The notes under the pieces: model-generated
The model's database searches: none
Seen by the model: only the letters and a program-made list of their open reading frames with translations
Told to the model about the DNA's origin: nothing
Made by a program: the position numbers and the translations under genes
In this document: piece after piece, positions 1 to 7,021 of the stretch
Numbering within the stretch: position 1 is the first letter of the stretch
How the letters are laid out: each line of letters begins with the position of its first letter
Source: a virus
Virus genome (UHGV): UHGV-0331195
Strand: one strand, 5' to 3'
Length of the DNA stretch: 11,597 bases

Positions 1-20
1 CAGTTAGCGAAATATCTTAC

Positions 21-48
21 TTGCAATCGGTGTGGAAAACGGTAGTAT
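21..48 (+). promoter_or_regulatory. Candidate sigma70 promoter for the tRNA gene: TTGCAA (21-26), 16-nt spacer, TAGTAT (43-48)
   Basis: Seen in sequence: -35/-10-like hexamers at correct spacing, ending about 14 nt before the tRNA 5' end. Not tested. Confidence 0.3.
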
Positions 49-62
49 TAGCAGCCACGAGT

Positions 63-139
63 CGGCACGTAGCGCAGCCTGGTAGCGCACCGTCATGGGG
101 TGTCGGGGGTCGGAGGTTCAAATCCTCTCGTGCCGACCA
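63..139 (+). tRNA. proL: tRNA-Pro, anticodon GGG
   Basis: 77-nt cloverleaf: acceptor stem CGGCACG/CGTGCCG, D-arm GCGC-AGCCTGGTA-GCGC, anticodon loop ATGGGGT (GGG), T-arm GGAGG-TTCAAAT-CCTCT, 3' CCA encoded. Matches my recollection of enterobacterial proL. Confidence 0.9.
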
Positions 140-177
140 AATCGCCCACCGGAAAGCACCGGATAAGACAGGGATAA

Positions 178-208
178 CCCGCTAATCACTTGATTGGCGG
201 GTTTTTTT
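178..208 (+). terminator. Rho-independent terminator after the tRNA (stem CCCGCTAATCA / TGATTGGCGGG, then T7)
   Basis: GC-rich hairpin followed by TTTTTTT at 202-208. Probably island-supplied sequence that restores tRNA 3' processing/termination at attL. Confidence 0.6.
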
Positions 209-220
209 ATGTTTTTTAGT

Positions 221-240
221 CACCGAACATCACCGGATTT
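221..240 (+). promoter_or_regulatory. Conserved element CACCG-N5-CACCGGATT, copy A, about 110 bp upstream of int
   Basis: CACCGAACATCACCGGATTT here and CACCGGAATACACCGGATTC at 2051-2070 share identical half-site spacing. Candidate activator (AlpA?) binding site. Confidence 0.35.
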
Positions 241-261
241 ATAAGCTATCAGCCGGATTTT

Positions 262-316
262 TTAGTTATACGTTTAGTTATACGGGCTGGCGTATAACTA
301 AAGCCGTATAACTAAA
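262..316. repeat. Integrase arm-type binding sites: TTAGTTATACG x2 direct (262-272, 274-284) and CGTATAACTAA x2 inverted (291-301, 306-316)
   Basis: Four copies of an 11-mer in a direct/inverted arrangement between the att core and int; the same 11-mer recurs twice at 11291-11313 near the other end. Confidence 0.6.
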
Positions 317-347
317 ACCCTGTTTTTTCGTGTGGAATCATAGACAT

Positions 348-1589
348 ATGGCGAGAAAAACACACCCATTAACCACAGTGCAGATCAAAGCAGCCAGACC
401 AGCGCAAAAGGAGTACACCCTGCAGGACGGCGGAGGGCTTTTTCTCCTGGTCAAACCGTCTGGATCAAAACTCTGGAGATTTTCCTACTACCGACCATCG
501 GACAAAAAAAGAATATTGCTGAGTTTTGGATCGCTTGAAGATGTTTCCCTGGCTGATGCCAGAAAACGCCGTAGCGAGTACAGGACGTTAATCAGTGCCG
601 GAACTGACCCGCAGGACCACGAGAGGCAAAAAAGAGAGACAGAGGCCCGAAGACAAGGGAACACGTTCGAAAATGTGGCGGCGGCATGGTACCAGGTGAA
701 AATCAGCCAGAATCTGGCCCCCAACACGATTAAAGACATCTGGCGTTCGCTGGATAAATATGTATTCCCGTTCATCGGCAACACGCCAATAGATACCCTC
801 ACCGCCCGAAGGTTCGTTGAAGTGCTTACCCCCATCAAGGAGCGCGGCAACCTGGAAACACTCAAGCGGGTTTTACAGCGCGTTAATGAGGTAATGGATT
901 ACGCCGCCAACAGTGGGCTGATTGATGCCAATCCGGCTATGAATGTGCGTAAGGCGTTTCCCTCACCTGTAAAAAAACATATGCCAACAATCCGCCCCGA
1001 ACAGCTGCCGGAGCTTATGCAGGCTTTATCAGTATCGGCAACAGAACGGCAGACCAGATTACTGATTGAATGGCAGTTACTGACCGTAACCCGTCCCGCC
1101 GAAGCGTCATCAACGCGGTGGGATGAAATCAACCTGGACGCGAAGCAATGGACGATACCTGCCGGACGCATGAAGATGCGCAGGGATCACGTTATCCCGC
1201 TTTCCGGTCAGGCTATGGCGGTGCTGGAGGCCATGAAACCAATCAGCCACCACCGCAATTACGTTTTCCCAAGTCTGAAAGACCCACAGCAGCCGATGAA
1301 CAGCCAGACAGCTAACGCAGCATTGCGGCGTATGGGATTCGCTGGCGTGCTGGTGTCTCATGGATTACGCGCCATATTCAGCACAGCAGCGAACGAGGAA
1401 GGATTCGAGCCGGACGTAATAGAGGCGGCACTTGCCCACGTCGACACCAACGAAGTTAGACGGGCATACAACCGGAGCAACTATATAGAAAAACGCATCG
1501 TGCTGATGCGCTGGTGGGGCGAATTTGTCGAGGCTGCGGCGACGGGCGTAACCCTCGCCAGTGGTAAAAGGGGTATCCGAGCCGTGTAG
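348..1589 (+). CDS. int: Tyrosine-type site-specific integrase, P4/CP4-57 family
   Basis: ORF 330-1589; start chosen at ATG 348 (MARKTHPLT...). N-terminus (PLTTVQIKAARP...YTLQDGGGLFLLVKPSGSKLWRFSYY) matches the arm-binding domain signature I recall for P4-type integrases; C-terminus has HGLR and RAYNRSNY catalytic-region motifs. Adjacent to a tRNA. Confidence 0.85.
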   Translation: MARKTHPLTTVQIKAARPAQKEYTLQDGGGLFLLVKPSGSKLWRFSYYRPSDKKRILLSFGSLEDVSLADARKRRSEYRTLISAGTDPQDHERQKRETEARRQGNTFENVAAAWYQVKISQNLAPNTIKDIWRSLDKYVFPFIGNTPIDTLTARRFVEVLTPIKERGNLETLKRVLQRVNEVMDYAANSGLIDANPAMNVRKAFPSPVKKHMPTIRPEQLPELMQALSVSATERQTRLLIEWQLLTVTRPAEASSTRWDEINLDAKQWTIPAGRMKMRRDHVIPLSGQAMAVLEAMKPISHHRNYVFPSLKDPQQPMNSQTANAALRRMGFAGVLVSHGLRAIFSTAANEEGFEPDVIEAALAHVDTNEVRRAYNRSNYIEKRIVLMRWWGEFVEAAATGVTLASGKRGIRAV

Positions 1590-1666
1590 CTGTACAGAAA
1601 ACCAGTAAAAACTACGAAAACCATGTAAAACCGTCGTATAATTGCATCAAATTTAACGACAAGGCC

Positions 1667-1918
1667 GTGAAACATGAAACCGTTAAGATGCAAAAAAATA
1701 TCAGATGCAATTGCGACGGGCTGCAACTGGCCCTGATGGTTCAGCATGAATTTTGGTCAACCTACGATCCGGAGGACAGAACGACGGCCCCATCAAAAAA
1801 ACAGGTAGTAGATTTTCTGGTATCCCGTGGCGCTTCCAGAAATCTGGCGGTAAGTATTGATAAGGTCGTACGTCCGGCATCTATGAAGATCGGAGGCAGG
1901 CCCAAAAAATGGCGGTAA
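1667..1918 (+). CDS. Small hypothetical protein, possible HTH DNA-binding protein or excisionase-like RDF
   Basis: 83-aa ORF (GTG 1667 or ATG 1688), C-terminal ...SIDKVVRPASMKIGGRPKKWR resembles the end of AlpA/Xis-type HTH proteins. Weak RBS; followed by a terminator. Position between int and alpA. Confidence 0.35.
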   Translation: MKHETVKMQKNIRCNCDGLQLALMVQHEFWSTYDPEDRTTAPSKKQVVDFLVSRGASRNLAVSIDKVVRPASMKIGGRPKKWR

Positions 1919-1924
1919 CAATCC

Positions 1925-1951
1925 TGGAAGCGGCAGAAATGCCGCTTTTTT
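1925..1951 (+). terminator. Rho-independent terminator (GCGGCAgaaaTGCCGC then T-run)
   Basis: Hairpin plus TTTTTTT immediately after the 83-aa ORF. Confidence 0.6.
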
Positions 1952-1981
1952 TATAATTCCATTTCAAATCATCAATATAAA

Positions 1982-2070
1982 AAACGGTGTATACCGTTTA
2001 AAAACGGTGGGAACTGTTTTTACCCATATCCGATGATTTACCGTATTTGTCACCGGAATACACCGGATTC
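1982..2070 (+). promoter_or_regulatory. alpA upstream control region: palindrome AAACGG-TGTATA-CCGTTT (1982-1999) and CACCG-N5-CACCGGATT copy B (2051-2070)
   Basis: Perfect 6-bp inverted arms with 6-bp spacer; the second element ends 15 bp before the alpA ATG and matches the copy upstream of int. Confidence 0.4.
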
Positions 2071-2085
2071 ACAAGGTAAATCACG

Positions 2086-2292
2086 ATGGAAGCAATCAGA
2101 AAAATTATCTTTCGCCAGGAAGTAAAAAAAATTATCCACATCAAGGCAGACAGCACGCTGCAAAGCATGATCAACGCCGGAGAATTTCCGCAGGGTTTTC
2201 GCGTTGGTTTACGCCGTCGCGGATGGTATGAGGATGATGTGTTGTCCTGGCAGAAAGAACGCGAAGAGGAAGCACGCGGAACGGCTGCTTAA
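2086..2292 (+). CDS. alpA: AlpA-family phage transcriptional regulator
   Basis: 68 aa; ...RQEVKKIIHIKADSTLQSMINAGEFPQGFRVGLRRRGWYEDDVLSW fits the AlpA pattern as I recall it (R..EV...ST.....G.FP...G.R..W.E..V..W). Same orientation as int, as in Gram-negative PICIs. Confidence 0.7.
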   Translation: MEAIRKIIFRQEVKKIIHIKADSTLQSMINAGEFPQGFRVGLRRRGWYEDDVLSWQKEREEEARGTAA

Positions 2293-2318
2293 CGGGTATC
2301 ACAGATATGACAAACACG

Positions 2319-2352
2319 AAAAAAGCGGCCCCGATATGGAGCCGCCTTTCTG
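2319..2352. terminator. Bidirectional hairpin GCGGC-ccccgatatgga-GCCGC; terminator for the minus-strand RHH transcript (T-run on minus strand)
   Basis: On the minus strand the hairpin is followed by TTTTTT; on the plus strand it follows alpA with only a weak T-tract. Confidence 0.5.
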
Positions 2353-2440
2353 AACAATTAACCCGCTGCGCCTTATGTGTATGTGATCCCAAACATAAGC
2401 ACGGGGATGATAGCCGCTATCAGGCTGGTGGGCAATGCAA

Positions 2441-2629
2441 TCAGTCTGGTTCAGTTCGTTGCCATACCTGCAATGAGCGCTTTTCCCTGTACTCTTTAAG
2501 GAATTGCTCAAGGGCAAAAGCACATGGTGCGAATCTTTCTGATTCATGCTCTATCTTTCTGCGCCGTCTTTTCCGTGCCGGTGATAATGTTTTGGTCAAT
2601 TCTTTATCGGTCATTGTGTTGTCCTGCAT
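2441..2629 (-). CDS. Small basic hypothetical protein, second gene of the RHH transcript
   Basis: 62-aa ORF (or 57 aa from ATG 2614) between the RHH gene and the minus-strand terminator; contains RKRRRRK. No clear RBS. Confidence 0.3.
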   Translation of the reverse strand: MQDNTMTDKELTKTLSPARKRRRRKIEHESERFAPCAFALEQFLKEYREKRSLQVWQRTEPD

Positions 2630-2671
2630 AGCAATGCGCCGTAATACCTCACACCACGGCGCTGATAGTGA

Positions 2672-2851
2672 TTATTCTGATTCTTTGGCCTTGCGGCGCT
2701 GGCGGCGTTTGATCTCGCCTTCAAGTGCCGAAACGATAAATTGCCCTGTACTTTCGCCATCTTCCTTTAAATTTTCTACAGCATCAGCTATTGCGTGTGG
2801 TACTCGAGCCTCAAGCTTTTTGGATTTTGCATTAACTGCTTTTGTTGCCAT
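2672..2851 (-). CDS. Ribbon-helix-helix (Arc/CopG/MetJ-type) DNA-binding protein, candidate island repressor
   Basis: 59 aa from ATG 2851 with RBS GAGGAAA 7 nt upstream on the minus strand. MATKAVNAKSKKLEARVPHAIADAVENLKEDGESTGQFIVSALEGEI matches the RHH beta-strand plus two-helix pattern. Divergent from the replication operon, with operator repeats between. Confidence 0.65.
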   Translation of the reverse strand: MATKAVNAKSKKLEARVPHAIADAVENLKEDGESTGQFIVSALEGEIKRRQRRKAKESE

Positions 2852-2872
2852 ATCTGATTTCCTCGTTATTAG

Positions 2873-2952
2873 GTGGCTGACAGTATACACACAAGAAAAC
2901 GGAAAAACACTATTGACGTGGCTGACACCCGTTACTAATATAGTGGCTGACA
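2873..2952. promoter_or_regulatory. Divergent promoter/operator: three direct GTGGCTGACA repeats (2873-2882, 2918-2927, 2943-2952) over a rightward promoter TTGACG (2913-2918), 17 nt, TAATAT (2936-2941)
   Basis: Three exact 10-mers within 80 bp; the middle copy lies in the spacer of a near-consensus sigma70 promoter facing the Icd-like/primase operon. A possible leftward promoter (TTGTGT...TAATAA on the minus strand) overlaps the first repeat. Confidence 0.55.
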
Positions 2953-3045
2953 CCTTTATTAAGGTAATCGATGAAAAGACAAAGCCCCGCAAGTGTCGTT
3001 ACCACTCGCAGGGCTTCTAACCAACAACGTAAACTAGGAGCCGTT

Positions 3046-3603
3046 ATGGTTGCTGTAAATCATATACCACACCTTGTACACACACAAACGGCCTTTGTGT
3101 GGCGTTTTCTGGCCCTGAATATCGGAGAAAAAAACCGCTTGATCGCCACCAGCAAAAATGGCTATGATTCCCGCGCACCTCATAAAACGGGTGTCGGGAT
3201 TAGCCTCCTGAAAACAACTGAAGCGCACAGCACGCGCCCCGCGTGTTTTTTTGTGCCGCATAGTCACACCTTATCAATGGTGGGCTGTACGGGGGCGGAG
3301 CAATCCGCGCCGGTTTCTTCAGTGTCCGGTAAGGCTAACCCTGTACAGTCCGCCACCAGCGAAATTAGCCTTTTGCGTGGCGGTTATCTTAACCACACTG
3401 AGGAGGCTGCCAACATGGCTACTATCCCTACCCTTGTACATTCTCAAACCGCATTTATCTGGCGCTTTATCATCTTTGGCGCGTCAGAATCTCAAATCAT
3501 CCACGTAACCGCCTGGACGGAACGCGAAGCGCGTAGCCGTTGCCCGTCCGGTTGTATTGCGGTATTCGCCGCCCGTATTCGTCAGGGGGTGTGCCATGCC
3601 TGA
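3046..3603 (+). CDS. Icd-like (host cell-division inhibitor family) ORF with in-frame tandem duplication; start uncertain (2971, 3046 or 3415)
   Basis: Single frame 2971-3603 with no stop. AGGAG RBS before ATG 3046. N-terminal motif LVHTQTAFVWRF recurs as LVHSQTAFIWRF at the second copy; degenerate TEAHSTRPAC versus TEREARSRCP. Confidence 0.4.
   Translation: MVAVNHIPHLVHTQTAFVWRFLALNIGEKNRLIATSKNGYDSRAPHKTGVGISLLKTTEAHSTRPACFFVPHSHTLSMVGCTGAEQSAPVSSVSGKANPVQSATSEISLLRGGYLNHTEEAANMATIPTLVHSQTAFIWRFIIFGASESQIIHVTAWTEREARSRCPSGCIAVFAARIRQGVCHA
3415..3603 (+). CDS. Icd-like protein, second and better conserved copy, 62 aa
   Basis: Strong SD GAGGAGG (3400-3406) before ATG 3415. MATIPTLVHSQTAFIWRFIIFGAS...TEREARSRCP...FAARIRQGVCHA fits my recollection of Icd-like small proteins in P4-like/PICI elements. 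Confidence 0.5.
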   Translation: MATIPTLVHSQTAFIWRFIIFGASESQIIHVTAWTEREARSRCPSGCIAVFAARIRQGVCHA

Positions 3604-3916
3604 TATGTCAAATTACCAGTACCTGATTAATCCGCATTTTAACTGTGAGCATGATATTGCTAAAAAAGTTTATTCCGCTGCGGATGGGGCTACTGACAAT
3701 ATATCAATGGGTGTTGCGTCAATTGGTAGCCTGATGTGGCATGCGTCAGAAAATAAGGAATATGACGAAAATACCATGCGCATTGATATGGGTAATATCG
3801 GTTTGTTACTGGCAATGCTTGGACATTTTGATATTTCGTTACGGTGCACCATTGAAAATGCCACAGATGCATTAAATGCTATAAAGAAAGCGAATACTGA
3901 TTCAAATCGGGGATAA
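3596..3916 (+). CDS. Hypothetical protein, 106 aa
   Basis: ATG 3596 overlaps the preceding stop (ATGCCTGA), RBS AGGGGG 6 nt upstream. No family recognised. Confidence 0.5.
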   Translation: MPDMSNYQYLINPHFNCEHDIAKKVYSAADGATDNISMGVASIGSLMWHASENKEYDENTMRIDMGNIGLLLAMLGHFDISLRCTIENATDALNAIKKANTDSNRG

Positions 3917-3922
3917 ATAATC

Positions 3923-4222
3923 ATGAGAACGTATTTATCTGGCTTTACTGCCAGCGGCCCCGCTCGGCCTGAAATCCGCCCCGGAGATATTTTCAGAGAT
4001 AACTACGGTGGCGTTGTTGAGATTAAAGGCGTGGCAGAACGGCGCATTACCTACCGCCGTGAAGGCTACGAATATGATTGCGTGATGCCTGTTTATCAGT
4101 TCCGGCGTGATTTTTCTCTGGTACAGGCAGCGCCCCGCAGTAAACCAACCAGCAGGGAGAAAGCACGCGCCAATATTCAGGAAATAAGAAAGATGTTGAA
4201 TGTATTCAGGGGTAAAAAATGA
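3923..4222 (+). CDS. Small protein, possible DUF4222 family
   Basis: 99 aa; PGDIFRDNYGGVVEIKGVAERRITYRREGYEYDC resembles the DUF4222 pattern I recall from P4-like prophages. Stop overlaps the primase start (ATGA). Confidence 0.45.
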   Translation: MRTYLSGFTASGPARPEIRPGDIFRDNYGGVVEIKGVAERRITYRREGYEYDCVMPVYQFRRDFSLVQAAPRSKPTSREKARANIQEIRKMLNVFRGKK

Positions 4223-5967
4223 AACTGGCACCGAACGTAAAAAAACAGCCACGCGGAATAAAACACAAAGACACAGAGGTAATTATCTTTGCGGGTAGTG
4301 ATGCCTGGTCACACGCGGAACAATGGCAGGAGCAGGATGGCCCCGCATCCGGCGATAATGTGCCGCCTGTGTGGCTTGGGCCAAATCAGCTTGCCGAACT
4401 TGATGCACTGAAAATTGTTCCGGATGGAAAAAAACGCGTAAGGCTGTACCAGGCCGGAGAACTGGATTTGGTGGAGACCAAAAAGATTGGTCAGAAGCTG
4501 GCGGCGGCAGATATTCAGGACGCAAATTTTTACCCCGAAGGAATGCACGTCCAGAAGTGTGAAAACTGGCGGCGCTATCTGAATGCTGAGCGTGAAAATA
4601 TTGCCGCAGGGCTTACCATGCCGGAGCAGAAAAATACGCAACTGGCACAAATGGCAGACAGTGAGCGCGCGCAGCTGCTTGCCGAGCGCTTTGATGGCGT
4701 TTGTGTACATCCGGAAAGTGAAATCGTTCACGTATGGCGCGGCGGGGTATGGTGTCCGATCAGCACAATGGAGCTGAGCCGCGAAATGGTGGCGATCTAT
4801 TCAGAGCACAGGGCCACTTTCAGCAAACGCGTGATCAATAACGCCGTTGAAGCGTTAAAAGTTATTGCCGAACCAATGGGGGAGCCGTCCGGCGATTTGC
4901 TGCCGTTCGCCAATGGTGCGCTTGACCTGAAAACGGGGGAATTTTCCCCGCACACGCCGGAGAACTGGATCACCACGCACAACGGCATTGAGTACACGCC
5001 ACCAGCACCTGGGGAGAACATCCGCGATAACGCGCCAAACTTTCATAAATGGCTTGATCACGCAGCCGGAAAAGACCAGCGCAAGATGATGCGTATATGT
5101 GCCGCGCTGTACATGATTATGGCGAACCGGTACGACTGGCAGATGTTTATTGAGGCCACCGGAGACGGCGGGAGCGGTAAAAGTACATTCACACACATCG
5201 CCAGCCTTCTGGCAGGGAAACAGAACACGGTAAGCGCTGAAATGACATCGCTTGATGATGCTGGTGGACGTGCGCAGGTTGTCGGGAGTCGTCTTATCGT
5301 CCTGGCTGACCAGACGAAATATACAGGCGAAGGAACGGGCATCAAGAAAATCACGGGCGGCGACCCCGTGGAAATTAACCCGAAATACGAAAAGCGTTTC
5401 ACGGCTGTAATCAGGGCGGTGGTGCTGGCGACCAACAATAACCCGATGATATTCACCGAACGGGCCGGAGGTGTGGCACGTCGTCGCGTGATTTTCCGCT
5501 TCGACAATATCGTCAGTGAGGCCGAAAAAGACAGGGAGCTACCGGAAAAGATTGCGGCTGAAATCCCTGTCATTATCCGCCGATTGCTGGCGAACTTTAC
5601 CGACCCTGAGAAGGCACGGGCTTTACTACTGGAACAGCGTGACGGTGATGAAGCACTGGCAATAAAGCAACAGACGGATCCGGTTATTGAGTTTTGCCAG
5701 TTCCTGAATTTTCTGGAGGAAGCGCGCGGCCTGATGATGGGTGGCGGTGGCGATTCAGTGAAGTACACGACCAGAAACAGCCTTTACCGCGTCTATCTGG
5801 CGTTTATGGCATACGCAGGCAGGAGCAAACCGCTAAACGTAAATGACTTTGGCAAGGCTATGAAGCCAGCCGCGAAAGTTTACGGACATGAATATATTAC
5901 GCGGAAAGTTAAGGGAGTAACGCAGACTAACGCAATAACAACAGACGATTGCGACGCGTTTTTATAA
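4219..5967 (+). CDS. Replication protein: P4-alpha-like primase / SF3 helicase
   Basis: 582 aa; Walker A GDGGSGKST (aa 315-323, nt 5161-5187) and Walker B-like RLIVLAD, consistent with the phage/plasmid primase P4-family C-terminal domain. Followed by an iteron origin. Confidence 0.75.
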   Translation: MKLAPNVKKQPRGIKHKDTEVIIFAGSDAWSHAEQWQEQDGPASGDNVPPVWLGPNQLAELDALKIVPDGKKRVRLYQAGELDLVETKKIGQKLAAADIQDANFYPEGMHVQKCENWRRYLNAERENIAAGLTMPEQKNTQLAQMADSERAQLLAERFDGVCVHPESEIVHVWRGGVWCPISTMELSREMVAIYSEHRATFSKRVINNAVEALKVIAEPMGEPSGDLLPFANGALDLKTGEFSPHTPENWITTHNGIEYTPPAPGENIRDNAPNFHKWLDHAAGKDQRKMMRICAALYMIMANRYDWQMFIEATGDGGSGKSTFTHIASLLAGKQNTVSAEMTSLDDAGGRAQVVGSRLIVLADQTKYTGEGTGIKKITGGDPVEINPKYEKRFTAVIRAVVLATNNNPMIFTERAGGVARRRVIFRFDNIVSEAEKDRELPEKIAAEIPVIIRRLLANFTDPEKARALLLEQRDGDEALAIKQQTDPVIEFCQFLNFLEEARGLMMGGGGDSVKYTTRNSLYRVYLAFMAYAGRSKPLNVNDFGKAMKPAAKVYGHEYITRKVKGVTQTNAITTDDCDAFL

Positions 5968-5982
5968 TTTTTTGCAATGGCT

Positions 5983-6207
5983 GTCTACCCTGTCTACCTG
6001 AGTAAAGAAAAATACATTTAATTCAGTATATTAACTTAGGTAGACAGCCTTTTTTCACTGTCTACCTACTATCTACCCTCTCTACCTGATTTTACCTGAA
6101 TCAGACAGGGAGGTAGATACGGGGTAGATAGTGGATAAAAGCACTCTACCCCGCTGAAAGCCGCGCCATTACTGGCATGAGAGCCAGTAAGGTAGATAAG
6201 GTAGACA
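5983..6207. repeat. Origin of replication: iteron cluster with at least 12 copies of (T)GTCTACC / GGTAGA(C/T)A in both orientations around an AT-rich spacer (6001-6038)
   Basis: Direct copies at 5983-5990, 5991-5998, 6059-6066, 6071-6077, 6082-6088, 6144-6150; inverted copies at 6039-6046, 6113-6120, 6123-6130, 6191-6198, 6200-6207. Resembles P4 ori/crr octamer iterons bound by alpha. Confidence 0.7.
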
Positions 6208-6255
6208 AGGGGAGGCACAACTCAAAACTTTTTAAACGAGGGGGTAAAAATAAAA

Positions 6256-6519
6256 ATGCGCACATCAGGAAAACTTAATAATCAGAAGAAGCAGCATAAC
6301 CGCGCCATTGACCTTACAGAGCACTGGCTGAGAGTGGCGATAAAAATCATCGACCGCAACACGGGGGAAGGATACGCGAAAGCACATCCCGAACTGATAA
6401 GCGCATTCATGACCACGGCGGCGGCAAACTTTGCCACGCTGACAGAACGGGAGATTGCCGAAGCGGAACAGGTAACAACCATCAACGTAAAAACCGGAGA
6501 GTCAGGCGATGATACATGA
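6256..6519 (+). CDS. Hypothetical protein, 87 aa
   Basis: ORF with GAGGGGG upstream; stop overlaps the next gene's start. Confidence 0.45.
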   Translation: MRTSGKLNNQKKQHNRAIDLTEHWLRVAIKIIDRNTGEGYAKAHPELISAFMTTAAANFATLTEREIAEAEQVTTINVKTGESGDDT

Positions 6520-6781
6520 CCGCATAGCGGAGGAACTCGAGGCGAAAGGATTTTACCGGAGGGCGGCGGCGCGATGGGGTGAAGTCATGCAGCTGGTGGA
6601 GACAGACAAGGAACGGCATCAGGTTACGATGCGACGGCTGGAATGTTCCAGGAAGGCACAGAGGCCACCGGAGCCGCCGGATAACTTCGGAGACCTGAGA
6701 AAGGCAGTCGATCGCACTTATGCTGAAATGGGTATAGATGGTGTAAGCGATGAAATATGGCGTAATTACCCAGGCAGCTAA
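6509..6781 (+). CDS. PerC-like transcriptional regulator (tentative)
   Basis: 90 aa; N-terminus IAEELEAKGFYRRAAARWGEVM resembles the PerC-family signature as I recall it. Translationally coupled to the upstream ORF. Confidence 0.45.
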   Translation: MIHDRIAEELEAKGFYRRAAARWGEVMQLVETDKERHQVTMRRLECSRKAQRPPEPPDNFGDLRKAVDRTYAEMGIDGVSDEIWRNYPGS

Positions 6782-6787
6782 TCAACA

Positions 6788-6809
6788 GCCGGAGTAATCC
6801 GGCTTTTTT
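6788..6809 (+). terminator. Rho-independent terminator GCCGGAGtaaTCCGGC then T6
   Basis: Hairpin plus TTTTTT. Nearly identical to the terminator at 9064-9086. Confidence 0.65.
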
Positions 6810-6821
6810 GTACCCAAAAAA

Positions 6822-6858
6822 AGCCCGATAAGTACAGGAGGCATCTTATCGGGCTTTT
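6822..6858. terminator. Second, bidirectional terminator (AGCCCGATAAG...CTTATCGGGCT flanked by A-run and T-run)
   Basis: 11-bp stem hairpin with A7 upstream and T4 downstream; insulates the early/replication region from the head operon. Confidence 0.6.
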
Positions 6859-6891
6859 GCATATGAGGTTTTTTTTGGTGCACTGACACAC

Positions 6892-6990
6892 ATGATCGGG
6901 ATCATCATTTCATAATTTGCAACACAACTCAACATCATTGCATAAAATGCAATCATGATTATAATCATAACTGGATGAACATCCAGTTAT
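6892..6990 (+). promoter_or_regulatory. Head-operon control region: consensus -10 TATAAT (6959-6964) with TTGCAT -35 candidate (6938-6943), plus four palindromes
   Basis: Palindromes ATGATC-GG-GATCAT (6892-6905), TTGCAT-AAA-ATGCAA (6938-6952), ATGATTATAATCAT (6955-6968), ATAACTGGATG-AA-CATCCAGTTAT (6967-6990); the last sits at the expected transcription start. Confidence 0.5.
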
Positions 6991-7021
6991 GATTTTTTAA
7001 GTCAAAGAGGAATTTCTTACT

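Noticed and set aside
488-1361. Minus-strand ORFs inside the integrase gene (488-865, 899-1171, 1110-1361)
   Set aside because: Antisense to a confidently assigned integrase; no start context.
2307-3020. 237-aa plus-strand ORF
   Set aside because: Cys/Ser-rich low-complexity translation, antisense to the well-supported RHH gene and its operators, no RBS; spans terminator and promoter elements.
3251-3508. 85-aa alternative-frame ORF within the Icd-like region
   Set aside because: Pro/Leu-rich, no RBS; overlaps the frame that carries the recognisable repeated Icd-like motif.
5058-5768. 236-aa minus-strand ORF inside the primase/helicase gene (also 4309-4731 and 4855-5196 minus)
   Set aside because: Antisense to a gene with clear Walker motifs; Ser/Ala/Arg-rich composition typical of antisense frames.
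6967-6990. Possible LexA (SOS) box in the late promoter palindrome
   Set aside because: The motif is CTGG-N10-CCAG, not the CTGT-N8-ACAG LexA consensus.
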